Below, piece after piece: positions 61,005 through 64,000 of a stretch of 64,000 nt of DNA. Within the stretch, counting starts at the first letter, position 1, and the number at the start of each line of letters is the position of its first letter. The notes under the pieces are model-generated. The model worked only from the letters and a program-made list of their open reading frames with translations, was not told the DNA's origin and ran no database searches. The position numbers and the translations under genes were made by a program. Origin of the DNA: Lachnospiraceae bacterium (GTDB lineage Bacteria; Bacillota; Clostridia; Lachnospirales; Lachnospiraceae); contig JAFUZJ010000029.1 of NCBI GenBank assembly GCA_017476665.1, forward strand, positions 19,331 to 83,330. Direction: 5' to 3'.

Positions 61005-62354
<1,350 letters not shown>

Positions 62355-62389
62355 AACCTTACCGCCATCAGATATAAGATAAGAATAAA

Positions 62390-62432
62390 AGAATCCCCGA
62401 ATTGTGCACAGCAGCACAGTTCGGGGATTTAT
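62390..62432. terminator. Bidirectional terminator between gdhA and the convergent EEP gene
   Basis: AATCCCCGAA ... TTCGGGGATT flanked by A/T runs. Confidence 0.75.
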
Positions 62433-62452
62433 TAATGAGTAAAAGTATTATC

Positions 62453-63577
62453 TTACTCCGCATTCAGCTTAAACTTCATCACCACCGGATTATGATCCGT
62501 ATACTGATATGCGGTATCGATGTTCTGGACATATTCGCAGGTCACGTTGTCTGAGACGATGAAACCGTCCAGGATGACAGTGAAACTGTCTGCAGAATAA
62601 GGAATATTGGTGTAACGCGTGGAGGACACCATGCCTTCGGCGTAATCCGTGCATTTGCGGAAGCCCTCCGGAATGATCTCATCAGGGAAAGGATTGCACC
62701 AGCTATAAATTTTGTCTGTCCCGGGATTGAAATATTCTCTGGAATTCACCAGGAAGTCATGGTTGAAGTCACCACCGCAGATCACGTAATTGCCTTTGTC
62801 ATATTCTTTTTTCATATCTTCAAACAACATCTCAAGCTGTGCGTTTCCCTGTGCCGCATCGGTGCCGTAGGCAGAGAGATGGGTGTTGATCAGGATCAAT
62901 TCTTTGCCGTTTTCCACCGGAATCCGGGAGATGGAGTAGCAGCGGTCCAGATCCAGGATCTTTTTGATACCTGTTGCAATCGGAAGACTTCTTCTGAGGG
63001 AAGAAGTAATCTCAAAACGGCTTTCTGTCAGCAGTCCGGAATTGGAGGCACCGTGAGGCGCGGTCAGGGGATACATCAGGTAAGCGGAATGATAGTTCGG
63101 CGCGAATACACTGTCGTAAGTGCCGTATGCGTCAAATTTGTCTGTCAAAAGTTTTGCCTCGTCCACGTGATGACTTCTGGTGGAATCGGTGTCCACCTCC
63201 TGAAAAAGCGTGAAATCCGGTGTGTAGGATAGCGCCACATCGCCGGTGCCGTTCACACAGGTCAGGACGCTCTCTTTGGAGCGGGCGCGGCTTTCCTTGC
63301 CCTCGTCCATGAAGAAGGTGAAATCGGCAGTGTAAGCACCGAAACCGATATTGTAGGTGACAATGGTGTACTCCTGGTCGGTTTTGGCAGGCTGGTCGGA
63401 ATTGCCTTTCACCTCTAACGGTACGTTATCTTTGATGCGGGAATAGGTGAGAAAGACGTATGCCACATAGCCGATCACCACCAGGAGACCTACCCCGATA
63501 GCTCCGAGAGGTATTTTCCACCATTTAGTTTTCTTTGTGGATTGGTTTTCTGACAAATCTGATTTTTGACGATTCAT
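62453..63577 (-). CDS. TM-anchored endonuclease/exonuclease/phosphatase (EEP) family protein
   Basis: The TM segment is WWKIPLGAIGVGLLVVIGYVAYVFL. The EEP blocks are YTIVTYNIGFGAY, LINTHLSAYG, VICGGDFNHD and YTDHNPV. Confidence 0.75.
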   Translation of the reverse strand: MNRQKSDLSENQSTKKTKWWKIPLGAIGVGLLVVIGYVAYVFLTYSRIKDNVPLEVKGNSDQPAKTDQEYTIVTYNIGFGAYTADFTFFMDEGKESRARSKESVLTCVNGTGDVALSYTPDFTLFQEVDTDSTRSHHVDEAKLLTDKFDAYGTYDSVFAPNYHSAYLMYPLTAPHGASNSGLLTESRFEITSSLRRSLPIATGIKKILDLDRCYSISRIPVENGKELILINTHLSAYGTDAAQGNAQLEMLFEDMKKEYDKGNYVICGGDFNHDFLVNSREYFNPGTDKIYSWCNPFPDEIIPEGFRKCTDYAEGMVSSTRYTNIPYSADSFTVILDGFIVSDNVTCEYVQNIDTAYQYTDHNPVVMKFKLNAE

Positions 63578-63704
63578 TTCAACAAGTTGCTCCTTTTGTA
63601 TTTGTATGATAAGAATTATGGTCTATCATACCACAGATTTGGAAGATTGACAAATTATATGTTGGGATTGTAACATGCGGATAGAGAAATGAAAAATTTT
63701 CATG

Positions 63705-63733
63705 TTGACATTAAAATATGGATTTTATATAAT
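63705..63733 (+). promoter_or_regulatory. Consensus sigma-A promoter
   Basis: TTGACA (63705..63710), exactly 17 nt spacer, TATAAT (63728..63733). Confidence 0.8.
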
Positions 63734-63739
63734 AATATT

Positions 63740-63939
63740 ATAGACAGACATCTGTCGGGGTGTGCTGACACCTTAAAAATCTGACACTTTAGCCGATAAT
63801 AGTAGGTCGGCAAGTTGGGGAGCAACAGAAAAATCTCCGCAGATAAACCGCAGGCGTAAGGCGGAAGGTTGGCAGACAACAGAAAAATCAGCATAGCAGA
63901 GAAGTGAAAAGGTTGTCCGAGTGATTGGACAGCCTTTTT
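63740..63939 (+). promoter_or_regulatory. About 200-nt structured leader ending in an intrinsic terminator (unclassified riboswitch/attenuator candidate)
   Basis: The hairpins are GACAG-ACAT-CTGTC, GGTGT-GCTG-ACACC, GCCGA...TCGGC and CCGC-AGGCGTAAG-GCGG. The 13-nt exact repeat CAACAGAAAAATC occurs at 63823 and 63877. The terminator is AGGTTGTCC-GAGTGATT-GGACAGCCT followed by TTTTT (63909..63939). Confidence 0.55.
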
Positions 63940-63961
63940 GTGTGCTTAAAAAGGAGTAATA

Positions 63962-64000
63962 ATGGCAAAATGTGATAAAAACTGCATGTGTAGGATTTCG
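63962..64000 (+). CDS. 5' end of an unidentified gene (MAKCDKNCMCRIS...), truncated by the window end
   Basis: RBS AAAAGGAG lies 7 nt before the ATG. Only 13 codons are visible, 3 of them Cys. Confidence 0.4.
   Translation, partial: MAKCDKNCMCRIS

Overview
The window reads as a chromosomal segment of a Firmicutes/Clostridia genome, probably Lachnospiraceae-like; this placement is inferred from gene content and RBS style, not from any search. Most of it is housekeeping. This includes typA (partial), an L-box lysine riboswitch driving dapA-dapB, a His6-type hisA, pcrA, an rRNA uracil methyltransferase, yqeG-aroE-aroK/aroQ-efp, gdhA, a split chrA pair and one tRNA-Arg(CCG). I saw no rRNA, CRISPR array, transposase or integrase. 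The unusual part runs from about 27.9 to 49.7 kb. An AgrC/LytTR-type two-component pair sits behind a heterodimeric ABC exporter. It is followed by roughly 20 kb of same-strand genes with no housekeeping match that I recognise. These include paralogous TM-anchored proteins and lipoproteins sharing DxDxDG calcium-loop motifs, a membrane-tethered XRE regulator and a BspA-type LRR protein. They also include an AT-rich block of small ORFs that look like orphan toxin-tail/immunity pairs, a decayed paralog fragment, an AAA-ATPase/PD-(D/E)XK protein, a broken GT2 gene and a tandem pair of translationally coupled paralogs. My best candidate for an undescribed system is this sensory/surface-protein island, but its function cannot be read from sequence alone. 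Other items worth a second look:
- a degenerate-LytM / bactofilin / beta-helix surface protein operon (7.5-12.5 kb)
- an SPFH (YdjI-like) protein with three zinc ribbons plus a TM/zinc-ribbon partner
- exact short repeats upstream of a PTS-EIIC_2-like gene and of a YerC/TrpR-like gene
- a tRNA enclosed by a perfect 16-bp inverted repeat
- a consensus promoter with an unclassified ~200-nt terminator-containing leader at the right edge

All family names are from memory of sequence motifs. No database search was possible.
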